From the NCBI GenBank assembly GCA_949358305.1, contig OX442314.1, forward strand, positions 18,600,001-18,664,000: a stretch of 64,000 bases of DNA, given 5' to 3'. This DNA is from Strigamia acuminata. Lineage: Eukaryota. The translations under genes were made by a program, and so were the position numbers. A model generated the notes under the pieces. That model made no database searches and was not told the origin of the DNA. It saw nothing but the letters and a program-made list of their open reading frames with translations. Shown here one piece after another: positions 50,584 to 64,000 of this stretch (position 1 is the stretch's first letter; each line of letters opens with the position of its first letter).

Positions 50584-53500
50584 CTATTCAGGATCCATAT
50601 CTCCTCTCCTGGTCCCACCATCTGCCAAATAAATAAATACATAATTATTTTTAACAAATAAATCTTTCATTTAAAAAAAAATAAATCTCTCATTTAAAAA
50701 AAAAAAAAATCGTTTTTACTCTTTTCTTGGCACGTGGGTCCAATCCATCCATAAGGGCAAAAACATTGTCCGTTTACGCTATCACAAAACCCTCCGTTAT
50801 GACATTCACAATTCAAGTTACAGTCGACGCCATATTTATTCTCTGGACAGTCTTCAAAGAAATATCAAACAAGATTAAAAACTAACTGAAAATATGATTT
50901 ATTACAGGATTGACAGCTTACTTTGATGACATTTTTCACCCGTAAATCCAGGTGGGCATTCACACTTGCCGGTTTCCCTGTCGCATGTAAATTCACCGCA
51001 GTCACAGGAAGAAGAACAGAAGGATCCGTAAGTGCCAATTTCACATTCTGTTCAAACAAAAACATCAAAACTCGCAGTTTATTTAATTCCACAACTCGAA
51101 AATCACCTTTTTCACACTTTGGACCCATGTACCCAGGCAAACACAAACACTGTCCCGTAATGTGGTCGCATTTGGCATTGTTTACACACTCGCATTTACG
51201 GCTGCAATATGAGCCGTACAATCCTTCGGGACATTCTTTAAAACAAGCGTCATCATGAGTTTCTTTATCTTTATATTTAATACGCAATATCAAACCGTGT
51301 TCACACAGATGACCTAAATATCCATCGTGACAATGACAACATCCGGTTTCGCCATCACAAGTTGAATTATTCTGACAAAGACATTCGTGGTTGCAATCCG
51401 CTCCAAACTTTCCCGGTGGACAAGCTGCACGACAAGATTCAAATCAACAATACACCAATTGTAGAGATGACATTATACTACCTCTTTGGCAATGAATTCC
51501 AGTCCAGCCAGCGGTGCATTGACAATCACCACTCACTTTATCGCAGTGACCACCATTTGCACATTGGCATATACCACTGCAATCTTTTCCATACTGTCCA
51601 TCGGGGCATACTGGTTGAAGTAAGAGTTTTCAGTACAAATTCGAGTAGGGAATGTCCAAACCTACCTTGTTCGCAATGTTCGCCCGTAAAACCCAATGAG
51701 CAAGTGCATTTTCCCGTTGATTTATTGCACGTGCCACCATTATAACAAGTGCAACTTGAATTGCAATTTATTCCGAAATGTGACGGTGGACAATCTGCAA
51801 TTAAAAATTATTAATTTTTTAAAATTAAAAACTAAAAACTGCAACAATAATTTACTTTGCGAGCACGTGGGACCATAGGAACCTGGTTCACATTCGCATA
51901 AACCAGTAATTGGACTGCAATAAGCATCGTTCTGACACTGACAAGTTTCTTCGCAATTCACGCCAAACAAGCCGGGAGGACAACCTACAAACGAGTAGAG
52001 CTGTGTCAAAACCTCACTACTCACACACCACTTGGTTTGCATTTAATTTGATTAAATTACCCCTTGTGCACTTTCTTCCTTTGTGCCCTGGTTTGCAATT
52101 GCATTCGCCATTGACAGGATCACAATTTGCACCTCTTGGACATTGGCAGACACTAGTGCAGTTTACTCCAAAATACCCTCTAGGACATGCTGTAAAAAAC
52201 ATCAATTATTAATAGATGACAGGTGAAATTAATATTCCGATTAGTTGTACCTTTATTACACTGACGCCCACTCGTTCCAATCGGGCAAGCGCAATGTCCT
52301 GTAACGTGATCACACGGTATAGCTGCGGGACAGCTGCATTTCTGATGACAGTTACGACCGAAGTAACCTTTGGAGCACGCTAACAGAAAAGAAATGTCGT
52401 TTGTTGAAGCAATAAAAACTCGATTAACTTAATTGCAACGTTTACGTTTATGGCATTTATGTCCGTGAAACCCGTCGGCGCAATCGCAAAGGCCAGTAAC
52501 CTTATTGCAAGTTCCGTGCTCGCAATTGCAGACTTCTGCACAATCCTTTCCGTAAAATCCTTGACGACACTCTGCAATCCAAATATTTTACACTATTTAA
52601 ATTTTTTTTTTAAAAATTAAATTGCAATAATAATTATACCATGTTCGCAGTGTTTGCCGTGAAATCCAGGCGGGCATTGACAAACACCGGTAAATCGATC
52701 GCATTCCACCTTTATTGGACACGGACAATGAAGGGCACAATTTGCACCATGGAATCCAACGGGGCAAGCTAAGAGCAATAAATATATGAGAGACTTCACG
52801 TTTGAACGTGTTTGTTACTCACGGGTGTCGCATAAATCTCCAGTCCAACCTTTCGTGCATAAACATTCACCGGAAACGTGATCACAATCCGCATCGTTGT
52901 GACACACACAGCGCTGCACACAATTCAGTCCGTAGTAATCTTTCGGACATTCTGCAAGAAAAAAATATTACAAACATTTTTTTTTTTTTTAATTTCAATA
53001 CTAAATTAATACAATTCAAAATTTTAACCTGAGGCTCATACTTTGACTGCACGTTTTCCCGGTGAATCCCGCACTGCAGACACACGCGCCCGTGACTCGA
53101 TCGCAGATGCCGCCATTTTGGCAATTGCATTCATTCTCGCAATTCGAGCCCCACAAACCCGAAGGACAAACTAAAATATGTTTTTACAAAAAAATGATAA
53201 GACATTTATTTAAAAACACAATTTCAATACAAACCATTTCTGCACTTTGGTCCAAACGTACCAGGCGCGCATTGACACGCGCCTGTAACAGGATTACACC
53301 GTGCATCCGATGCGCAATTACAACTTTTCACGCAATTAACTCCATACTGTCCACCAGGACATGGAAATTGACAGTCGTTGCCCCTCCATCCGGAAGGACA
53401 CTTACATGAGCCCGATATATGATCGCATTCTCCTTCATTTTGACAGGTGCACTTCTGTTTACACGCCGCTCCGAAAAAACCGTGTCGACAAGCTACTCAA

Positions 53501-56500
53501 ACATTTCCCACGTCAAATTGATATCCTGTCAAAAACTTATCAAACCTACCTTGATCGCAATGAGAACCGCGCCAACCCGGAGAGCAAATACAATCACCGG
53601 TTACGCGGTCGCAATCTCCTCCATTTAAACAATGGCAGAGTTTAGTACAACTGGGGCCGTAGAATCCGGCGGGACACGCTGGAACAGAATTATGGAATGT
53701 ATTTAAATCAAGCGCGCTAAATGTGTACAAATAAGGCACTCGTTACGTCTGTCACAGTGTGTTCCGGTCCAACCTGATGTGCAAGTACAATCGCCCGTTA
53801 CAGCATCACATTCGGCTTCATTTTGACACAAGCAACGCGATAAACAATCGTGTCCAAATCGACCATTAGGACAACCTAAAAAGTGATCAAATTTGTTGCT
53901 TTTTACTAATTTTTATTGCTTGCAAATACTTACGCTGATCGCAGCTCCTGCCAAAATATCCAGCCTGACATACGCATCTTCCATTCAAGGGGTTACACGT
54001 TGCACCGTTTGCACAATTGCAAGAATTCAGACAACTCTTCCCATAAAGACCACTTGGACAAGCTGAAAATAAAAATAAATTAAATTATCTTTTGTATCGG
54101 TAGAAGAAAATTCCTTATACTTATAGAACATTCTTCGCCCATGAGCCCTGCTGGACATAAACAAACTCCCGTAACGGGGTCGCATTTTCTTGTACCACAT
54201 GAACACATCAACATGCAATTATGGCCAAACGTTCCTTCATCACAAACTTAAAAAGAAAAAAAAATTAAATTAAATAAAAAAAAATTTCAATTTTTTAAAT
54301 TTTTTTTTATACCTTGATTGCATTCAGGGCCAGTAAACCCTGCAGGACATTTACGAAAACAAGCACCAGTTGCTGGATCACACTTAGCCCCATCAGCACA
54401 TTGACATGTCAGTTGACAGTTAGCACCCCAACTACCAATAGGACAAGTGGTATTACAGTTTTTCCCGGTGAACCCTGACTTACATAGACATTTACCATTC
54501 TAAATAAACAAAAAAATAATGTTATAGAAATGGGTACCATAATTTTTATCCACCATTTTCATTATAACCTTTGGTTCGCACTTTAAAGTGCCATCTGTTT
54601 CACATTCACATTTATTTCGACAATTTGGACCGTAGGAATCTGATGGGCATGGTTTGTTGCAATTAGGACCGAATAAGCCAGCGTCACATTCGCAAAATCC
54701 CCATATCCGGTCACATCTACGGCAATTGGTTGGGCAAGAACGGTCACAATGTTTTCCATAATAACCTGCCAAAAAAAAAAAAATTAAAAAATTAAAATTT
54801 CAGGCTCATTAATATTTATTCCCAAGTTTACCTGCTGGACATCCAATTTCACAATTAATGCCGGTGATTCCTTTTGGACACTGGCATTTTCCAAACACTG
54901 GATCGCATTTTCCACCGTTGCGACAACGGCACATTTGATTGCAATCGGGTCCATAAAATCCCTTATTAAAAGAAATTTATTACTCCGTAAAAATAAAAAT
55001 AAAATTTAAAATCCCAAAAAAAAATAAATAAATAAATAAAAAATATTTTTACTTGTGGACAAGTAGTATTGCAAATGAAACCCATGAATCCAGACGGACA
55101 TTCACATTTGTTTTGTCTCAAATTACACTGTCCTCCATTTTGACAATCAGTGCAGGAAAACTCACAATCATCACCAAACGTTCCAGGTGCGCACGCTGTG
55201 TAAACAAATAAATAACCTTAGCTCGTGTTTAATTAAAATATTCTCACCAAGATTACTTCAGTCTAAAGAGTATTGTCACTACTAAACCTATAAGCTGCTT
55301 ATAAAGGTTGACAGTTTAATTCAAGCGTTATTTATTTAATTTAAACAACTTTTTTTTCTTTTTTTTAAAAAATTTAAGTGACTGAAGTGACTCTCTAACT
55401 GCAGTAAACTACTATCAGGGGTCTTAGCGAACTTCTTCGAACCTTCTTTCCTCTCCGCTGCATCCAAAAATTCCAAGACATGATTGTGGTTCTCAAAAAG
55501 TGGCTCAACCGATTCAGGGGTTGGTTGAAATCGGATATGTGGGAAAATATTGTTAGTATCACTGGAACCAGGACGATAAGCTGCTCTTGTGTCTGGCAAA
55601 TCCCATCGATTTGAGACTGGATCTACCGGTATTACTGCTGAAAAATCACATGACTTTTATCAGTTCCCACAGTAATGACCCCACGCAGTTCCTAAAACTT
55701 TGAGATTAATTATTTGATAACCATCAAACTACGATCTCAATCTCACTTCACAGCAATGTTAAATGATAAATGTATTTTACACAATGGTGTAGGAGGTTTC
55801 ACTGCACCACTTTGCTCTTACTCATGCAGAATTAGTAAATAACTGAATAAATTAGTTACCATCACAGGTGAAACCGTCCACATTAAGTGTATACCCAGAA
55901 CCACAATTGCATTTATAATTTCCATCTGTGTTCTCACATTCTTGTTGACAATTGGCAATTTCCAATTTACATTCATCAATATCTGAAGAATTCGAATTAT
56001 TTCAAGGTCAAATTTATAATAATCATCACATACCATCACACGTTCTTAGGTCAGCCCTCAATTCAAAGCCTTCTTCACATGAGCAATCTGGAGATCCATC
56101 AGGTGATGCACTACATCTGTGATGACATCCGCCATTGTTTTCCAAACATGGATCAACTGGCTTAATGTCTGAACAAAAAAAAAATCATCTAACATGCCAA
56201 CGCTAATTTAAAGCTTGGGAAACAACTTTAAAAAAAAATTAAGCTGTAGTTGTTTATAAATTAATCTGCACCAAAGTTTGACTCATGAGTCATATTTCTT
56301 GTATAAATATTAAATGTTTTGCAGAGTAGCTGGTTTGACCATTCCAATGCACACCGTGACCCAATTTTACTGGATAATATTTATGACAAAATAAAAACGA
56401 AAGATATAAAACTAATAATTATCTTATCATGATGAAACTTGGTGCACTGTAATTTATATTCCGACAAATTTACTTTTGCAAGTGTGTTTATCTTCTTTGA

Positions 56501-59500
56501 GCTCATAATTCGAATCACACATGCACAAGTATGATCCCATGGTATTGTAGCATAAATGTTCACAAGGTTTGTAAATCTCGCATTCGTTAACATCTGGAAA
56601 AACAGGAACAAGAAAAAGAAAATCTAGTTAGTAAGCGCACAAATTCAACAAATCGTAGACTACAAATTACCTTCACAGATTTTTCCATTGCGTGCAAGTT
56701 TGTAACCGGGAAAACATTTGCATTTAGCCCGACCTCTGACAACTTCGCATTTATGCAAACAGCCGCCATTATTGACTTGACAAGGATTCCCTCCTATATG
56801 CAAACGAGACAAATCAAAATTGACGTGACAATGCGGAAATACGATCATTAACGATATAAATATAATTTTTTTTTTTTAAAATATATTATTTTTAAAACTC
56901 ACTACAACTACGTCCGTCTTGGTGCAACCTAAAACCAGTTCGACATTTACACACAACTCCGTTATTTGCATCTTCGCAAATATGTTGACAATTTCCGTTA
57001 TTAATGCTGCATTTAGATACCGCTAAAAATAAACATAAACAAATCAAATGACATGTTTAAACTGTCCGTCACATCCAAGCTGACTTGACTACTGATTAAC
57101 AAGTAGCTAATTTATACCGCAAGAGTAAATAAGACTACTTAGTATTTGCTCTTTAAGAATTTGGTTGGCATCCAGCCAGTTTTGAATCTGACTGGCCGAT
57201 TGCCAAACAGATTCATTCTTCTATTTTGTTTAAATTAGCGTATCCTTGTGAATGAATCAATTAATCACTCTGGAATTATTCTTCTTTTTATTTCAAATCG
57301 TATTGTGGTTGACGCGTAATTACTGTATTAAAAAAAATAATAACATACTTACAGATACAAGTTCTGCCATCCATATGCAACTTCTGACCACTTAAGCATT
57401 CGCAATGAAAACTGCCCGGAGTGTTTACACATGACTCTTGGCACCCACCATTATGAATCTGGCATTCGTCAATGTCTTTTCACGAAATAACCTAAACAGA
57501 TGTAGCAAAGGTATGTACAGGTTTAATGTACTTAATTTACCTTGGCATTGTCTCCCATCACTCGACAAAAGATAACCGCTTCTGCATTTGCAGAAGAAGC
57601 TTCCATATGTGTTGCAGCAATTCTGATCACACCCACCATTACCGCTGGCACATTCATTTACATCTGAAAATTAAGATTAAATCATTAATCTTGCAAATCA
57701 GCTTTTTGACAATTTTTACAAATGACTAAACGTCGTCAAGCGGCAATTAACATACATAATGACACAACCTTGGCATTCTAGGCGAAACTCAAACCCATAC
57801 TTCAAAGATTACAATCTAGAGTTAATTTGTAATCCCAACATTTCATTTACACTCATCGGTCGGAAATAAATTGTTGTGATAAAAGAAAAATCATCACCAT
57901 TTATCTAAAATGTCCGCTTTAAAATTGCTGTTCAGTTTCCGGAAATTATATCATTTTACACGAACGGTTAATTGTATTAGAAATTTGACGACAGGAAAAA
58001 AGATGTTGACAAAAAATAAATCAGAAAATTGGAGCAGTGTTTCATTTTTTCTCTTCTTACTGATGACTTAATCTACTTCCTAATTATAGATTAAAAAAAT
58101 ATATATTACATAATTGGGAATTAATCTTCAACTCAGCTTTAACCTTCAAATTGAAACACGTGTTGGTTAGTTTGTTTTGGATTTTTTTTTTTTAAATATT
58201 TGTGCACTCAACTTTAAACTTGCATCTTAACATTTGTTTTAACTCTCAGCATAAAAAGTAACAAACAATCGTTTTATTTATACATGTTCAAGCGGAGAAA
58301 ACGATTGAAAACTTTCAAACTATTTTAAATTCCTATAAACAAACATTTTTAGCGTGGGAAAAATAAGCCTCGATAATTTATTATTTAATTACAAACTTTC
58401 TTAGAACATTTGCAGCAGTTTTTGAATGGTTTTCTCGGTGATGACACTTTCATGAAAAAGAAAAGCTATTTTAGACACTGCTGTTATTTATTATGGTCAT
58501 AAAATAACCGAATAAACCTCTTTAAATAGGCCCTATTAGGACATCATTAGAAAAAGTTTTAACTAAAAATAATTAAAAAGCGCTACAGTTGTTGACGACA
58601 AATTCAATTCCTGTCTTGAGGATCCATTTTTAGCCGTGTGTGGTCTTCCCATAATCAATTTGTGGTTTTTACAAACAAAGCATGAAATTCATTCGGTAAA
58701 AAGGTTCGGTTCATGGCACGAATAATATTAACCTTCCAAGAAATGAATGGAAATGTTGACATTAGTTGTATGAAATACCCGAATATAATTTTATCAAAAA
58801 GGAAAAATAAAATAAAAACTAATGGCCTTTTGTTGACTTGAACTTTCAATCGAGTTAAAAGGAGACAGAACATGGGTTTGACTGGTCTAGTAATCCAGAT
58901 TGAAAGTGCTGACACATCTTGTTGTTTTGCCCACAAAGACTCGCCGTAACTGAATCGGACAATTTGGCAAGCTCGTTGACAATTTTTACATAATATTACG
59001 CGATTATTTTAGAACATTCCTAAAATACTCGCTTGTACAAAAAAAAAATAAAAGTATAAAACAAATAAAAAATAAAAAACATTTTAAAAATAATAATTCA
59101 CAAACTCAATTTGTTAAACCTCGTTCATCTTCATAAATGTCATTTTCAATAATCACAAACTCTGAGTCAATATTTAAAAAAGAAAAAAAAAGATTCATTG
59201 TACTTCTAAATTAGTCTGAAACAGTTTAAAATATATCCAAAATTTATTTAATAATAAAATTATAAAAATAAATAAATATCAACTTCCTGAGACTTTAAAA
59301 AAAAAAAAAAACGTGATATACTACAAATGGAAGTGAATTAAAAATCTGATTCCAGACACGTTTCGTCAAATAGGTTACAAAGATTATAATGATACCCTAG
59401 ACAAGGGTAAAACAGCCGTTTATAATTTTATTTAACTTTTTTTGTTTTAGCATACGATAAGTATATGGCAATTTTGTGATGTGTATGGCAGAGAAACATG

Positions 59501-61670
59501 AATTGCCTGTGTAATAAAGGGCATTTTTTTTTTCTCCATCTACGCCAATGACTTTGAAATTTTTAAACACCGTAGAGATTTAAATGCATACAAATAAACA
59601 AATTTAATGGCACTGTCATGGCAAATTTATTTACTAATAGGTGCAAACCGTTTTCTCTAAGTGTTTTTAAATGTGTACTTTGTGACCAACGTGATGCAAC
59701 TTATAATCAATTTAAATGTTTCACTTACCATACTGGCATCGTGGGCCGTGAAATCCCGCAGAACACCTACACATTCTCCCGTATGAGTTACATCTGGAGC
59801 CGTGAAAGCAAACTCCCGTTTGACATTGAGCTGCAATGAGCAAAATCAGTGTGATGTAGTAGAAATTAATCATTATTTTTGTAAAAATGGTTAAAAATGT
59901 TGTTCAAGGGCTCGGGAGTGACATGCGTGCTAATCAAACACAAGTTGAAGCTCAAGTGTCTCACTTGTCTCCTTTTATAAGCTTGCGATGCGTTTGACTA
60001 GCCAATAAACGACAAGATAACAAAGTAAAAGATAACTCAACGCCAATGAGTGAAAAGAAAAGGAAATTTTTCAAGCACAAAATACAAATATTATTGCAAA
60101 TAATGTGACTCAGAAGTAGGAAAGTTTATTATTAATTGGATTTAATTTATCAAAGAACTTTTTTTTATTTGCTTCCAAGTTACACACATTTATTTAAAAT
60201 GGTGGCAATAAAATACAAATAAAAAAAATTACTTTTTTTTTTTAAATAAAAAATTAAAAATCAGATTAAACTAAAGGTCTTTTTCAAGTGTTTTCAATAT
60301 TGAATTTAAAACTTAAAATTATCAAATTTTATCTTTCGAAACGACCAACTTATTTATTTTTAAATTCAGATGCATATCAAGAATATTTTCTTTTAAACTC
60401 AAAGAACTGGCATTGAAGTCAAACTTGAATACAAATCTAATTAAATTCAAAAAGTACAGCAACCTTTATTCAATGGTTATAAACAACCAAAAAATTCTGA
60501 TCAAATCAAACTATAATTCAGCTACGACTTATTTCCTTCCCTATTAAGCTGTAAATCGTATTTATTTTAAAATAAAAAGCACCTGTAATGCAATCTCTGC
60601 CATCTCTGGGTGTGTTTGAGGACAAGTTTTAGTTTATGAGACGAGATTTTTTTATTTTTTTTATTTTTTTTTTAAAATGTAGAAAAAGACACGTGTATTT
60701 AAATGTTTCATTTTACATTTAAAACCAGTAGCTTCTTTACCTAAGTTTGGGCAAAATTTAAATGCAAGCGTGGAATTTGAGAGGGAAAAAAAATGGAGGT
60801 TAAAGGAGAGATTAAACTCACGATACATGCATCCAGGCTCATCTCGCATTTGGATCCAACCATCACAACATCTTTTTTTCCGAACGGTTCTCGGTTCCAC
60901 TGAATCAGTGAACGTCGTGTAATACATTGTCCTGCAAAAATAACAACAATTGTTAACATTGATAGAAGCTGACACCAGAATGCAGCTGAGCTTTCTTTTT
61001 GTGAAAAAAATTGGGTACACAAATGCTCCCTAAATACAAAGCCACTCAAAACAGAAATAAATCGGTCTTTAAGGGGGACAATATTTAAAGAAAAAAGAAA
61101 AAATAAGGAAGAGAAAATAGAGAAAAAAGTGAAAAAGTTTTTTTTAAGGCACAAAAGTTGACTTTTGTTCTTTTATTTGTACTTGAAAACAAACTAAGTG
61201 CTTTTCTGGCAATAGTTTCTTTCATTCTATCGATTTTTTTCATGTAAATCTAAGATGATAAAAGAAAAAATTAAATATCTGTTTCACCATTTATGCTCAA
61301 CTCTATCGTCTCTTTCTATTTGCTATTTTTAATTCTCCTTCTGAGAACAACCTATTGAAACCTGACAAGAAAAATAACCCTACAATATAATAACCATGCC
61401 ACATCAAAAGGTCCCTGACCCTGTCTAAGCAAAGAATAAATTCGCCATATATTTCCAGGAAGAGATGTCAAGAAGAATAAAAATGAAATAAAAAAAAATA
61501 AAATGAAAAAGGTTAAGAACAAACATACCTTGCTTCTTGTCCAATGCACCAGCTTGAATTTCTCTCATCGCAATGCGGTTTCCACACCTTAACCAATTTC
61601 GTAAACGCTTTCACAGAAGGTTTTTTCACATTTACAAATCGAGTTTCATTGTATTCACAAACATGGGGCC
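50584..61670 (-). CDS. MEGF6: Multiple EGF-like domains protein, MEGF6-like (EMI domain + EGF + calcium-binding EGFs + many laminin-type EGF repeats); 5' end unresolved
   Basis: EMI-like exons PHVCEY..KVWKPHC..WCIG / [32 protein letters not shown]; cb[38 protein letters not shown]; more than 20 phase-1 exons of the CPxGxYGxxC..CDxVTGxC type. No transmembrane segment; ends ..[12 protein letters not shown]. Confidence 0.85.
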
Positions 61671-64000
61671 TGGAAAAGAATTCAAAATAAATTAACAAGA
61701 CAATAAAAAATAAAGAAAATAAAGTTAAAACGCCTCTTCAGAAGCTAATCACGCACGTGAGGTGTCGAGTCAAAGGTTAAAGAAAGGTGCCAAGTTTAAA
61801 AAATGGTCTCTACTTCGCTAAATATGCTTCGTATAGACAATGAGATTCAGTATCCCACTGTGAATGACAGAAAGTGATATCTTGCTTTTGCAATTTGTTT
61901 AATAAATTTTAATAAATTTCGTTTTTATTCCATTAATTTGCATCTAGAAACTTATTTTTTTTTATTAAAGAAAGGATTTAGCAACAAATAAATAAATAAA
62001 CCACTAAAACTCTAATAAATTTTTCAACATTTACATAGCAATTACCATAGTGCACAAACTTTCACATGACCACATATGTTCAGATTAAAATCAAGATTAT
62101 GTGTGTGTGGTCCTGTTGTTGATGAGTTGACAGTATTGTGTTCCATGACATCTACTTTTTATATTTGCTCTTGTCCAATTAATATTTTGTATATAATTAA
62201 TGCTCAGCTGAAAATATCCCATGCTAGGAGCAAAGACCAGGACATAAAACGTCAGCTCAGTATTAATTGAAATAGGGTACCGGTATTCGTATGAACCATT
62301 CTTGTGGCAATAAAGTGAGACACAATTTAAGAAACAACAGACCCATATACTTTTTCTTGATCCCAGTTTGTTCCTAAGGCCATTTTTGAACTCCCTCTGA
62401 ACACCCTCCAATATGCTTAAGGTTAGAATACAAAACTAAAAGTGGGTGGTCTTAGACACTAATTTTTCTCTTACATTAAACTGTGAAATAGTTTCATACC
62501 AAGAGATTAAAATCTATTCAAAATATTTTAAATTAATTAAAAAATAAGTTGTTTATTGTTTTTTTTTTCAAAAACTTGTTTACGTTTGTGAAATGTGGGG
62601 AAAAAATAAACTTGAACAAATTATTTTTTGTAATTAAAATTTGCTTTATACCGATTTGCATCGAGATTATATTTTAATTTCATTATTTTTTTCGAGTCTT
62701 AAATAAACGTTGTTAGAGGGAGGTTTTCTTCACCGCCCTTCACCAAGGGAGGTCGACCAAACATAAATTTTTTTTAACAAACAAGTAAACCAGTTGAAAG
62801 TTGTAAAACAATTAAATGAAACTGTAAGGAATGTTCATCCCATATACAAGCCGAAAACACAATAAATATAATTATACATACATAAATAAACGTTGAAAAA
62901 AAAAATAATAATAAATGTTGCCTCGAAAAGGTGTTAAAATATATTTGAAAAATTGAAAAACATAATTTAAAGTCGCACCTAAGTGAAAACATCCTATTAT
63001 AACTACAAAAAAGTTGTGTAACTTCAAAAAAATGCAAAACATGCAGGAAAAAAAAATATTTCAAGGTAATGATCACAGAAAATGCATTCAAGTTATCATA
63101 AACTGCACGTAATATTTAAGCAGAACTTTGGAGAAAAAAAAGCAAATTAAGAATCAAAACATTTTTACTGCACAAGAGACACATATAAAAAAAAACATCA
63201 AAATTACAATATTAATCAAATTTATATTCAATTGAATTTTATTGCATTTCATGTTAATAATACCGGTATACTTGATACTTTTTCTTTAGACCAAGGCCAA
63301 CAAGAGAAGGAAGAATGTTTCATCCGCTTAAATCTAATATCAAAGTACAAGGCCCAAGCAGAAAAGTATTAACAAATGTCCAACTATATTTATTTTCTAC
63401 CAAGTGGCCAAATTAGGTTACCTTATTTGATGTGTAATTTTACCGGTGGGAGAGTTCAAACTCATAAAAACGAACTTCATTAAGATTCATTCCACACTTT
63501 TAATCTTAAGTTGTGTCCTCCGAGAAACGGAATTTAAAAAATTTTAAAAAAATTAAAAAAAATAAAGAAAAGACCATCCAGTAGCCATGTCAACTTGTTT
63601 CACGGTCTGCCCACTCTTGGGTGTGGTTTTAGTTGGCATATCACATGGTTATTTGATACTCTGCAATTTGCTCTGGCTGTCCCTCAATGTTGAGAGGGGG
63701 GAAATTAGGTAATATAAAAATTAAAACTACTAATTATAAAATTATCTATGTCATTTTATACTTTTTTAAACCCTCGTTTCACACGACAAAAAAATCGTTG
63801 CTATTTGTACTTACATCCTATTACACGATGTCTGATTCCCATCATCTATACATTTGTAATTATATGGAATCACATATCTTACTAAGAATTTTATGTATCC
63901 ACCAAGGGTGGGCTCCTTTATGTCTGTACACAGTTAATTCACGAAAAAAGTGTGGAACTACCTTCATTGGTTTTGATTGTACATTCAGCATTTTGTCCCT

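Noticed and set aside
50584..61670. Draper/MEGF10/CED-1 assignment
   Set aside because: The protein contains calcium-binding EGFs after the EMI domain and lacks a transmembrane segment or NPxY tail, which fits MEGF6 better.
62097..62411. First exon of the MEGF6-like gene
   Set aside because: The phase-compatible frame lacks an ATG and a convincing signal peptide.

Overview
AT-rich eukaryotic DNA, probably from an invertebrate animal (short 55-70 nt GT-AG introns, many MITEs). The species cannot be determined from the sequence. Layout: (1) 1-4770 is an 11-bp satellite with kb-scale higher-order duplications, followed by a short 20-21 bp array. (2) About 6.0-35.4 kb holds a tandem array of 11 spliced paralogues (10 on +, 1 on -) of a gene family I do not recognise. 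They share a conserved N-terminal/core region (GCGPNFVLNR, FWFRFWL, WPE, AFGxxLCxxFYxWL, YWxxP, PGxLExFL) and have a C-terminal MYND-like C6H2 zinc finger that is intact in 7 copies and lost or eroded in 4; intron presence also differs between copies. (3) A bubblegum/ACSBG-type long-chain acyl-CoA synthetase at 36.6-39.9 kb. (4) A small unknown minus-strand gene plus a frameshifted duplicate at 40.6-42.6 kb. (5) A divergent Cys-loop anion-channel subunit at 43.3-45.8 kb (-). (6) A MEGF6-like EMI + EGF-repeat protein at 50.6 to at least 61.7 kb (-), ending in RGD. Gene models were assembled by eye from splice signals and paralogue comparison; no database searches were run.
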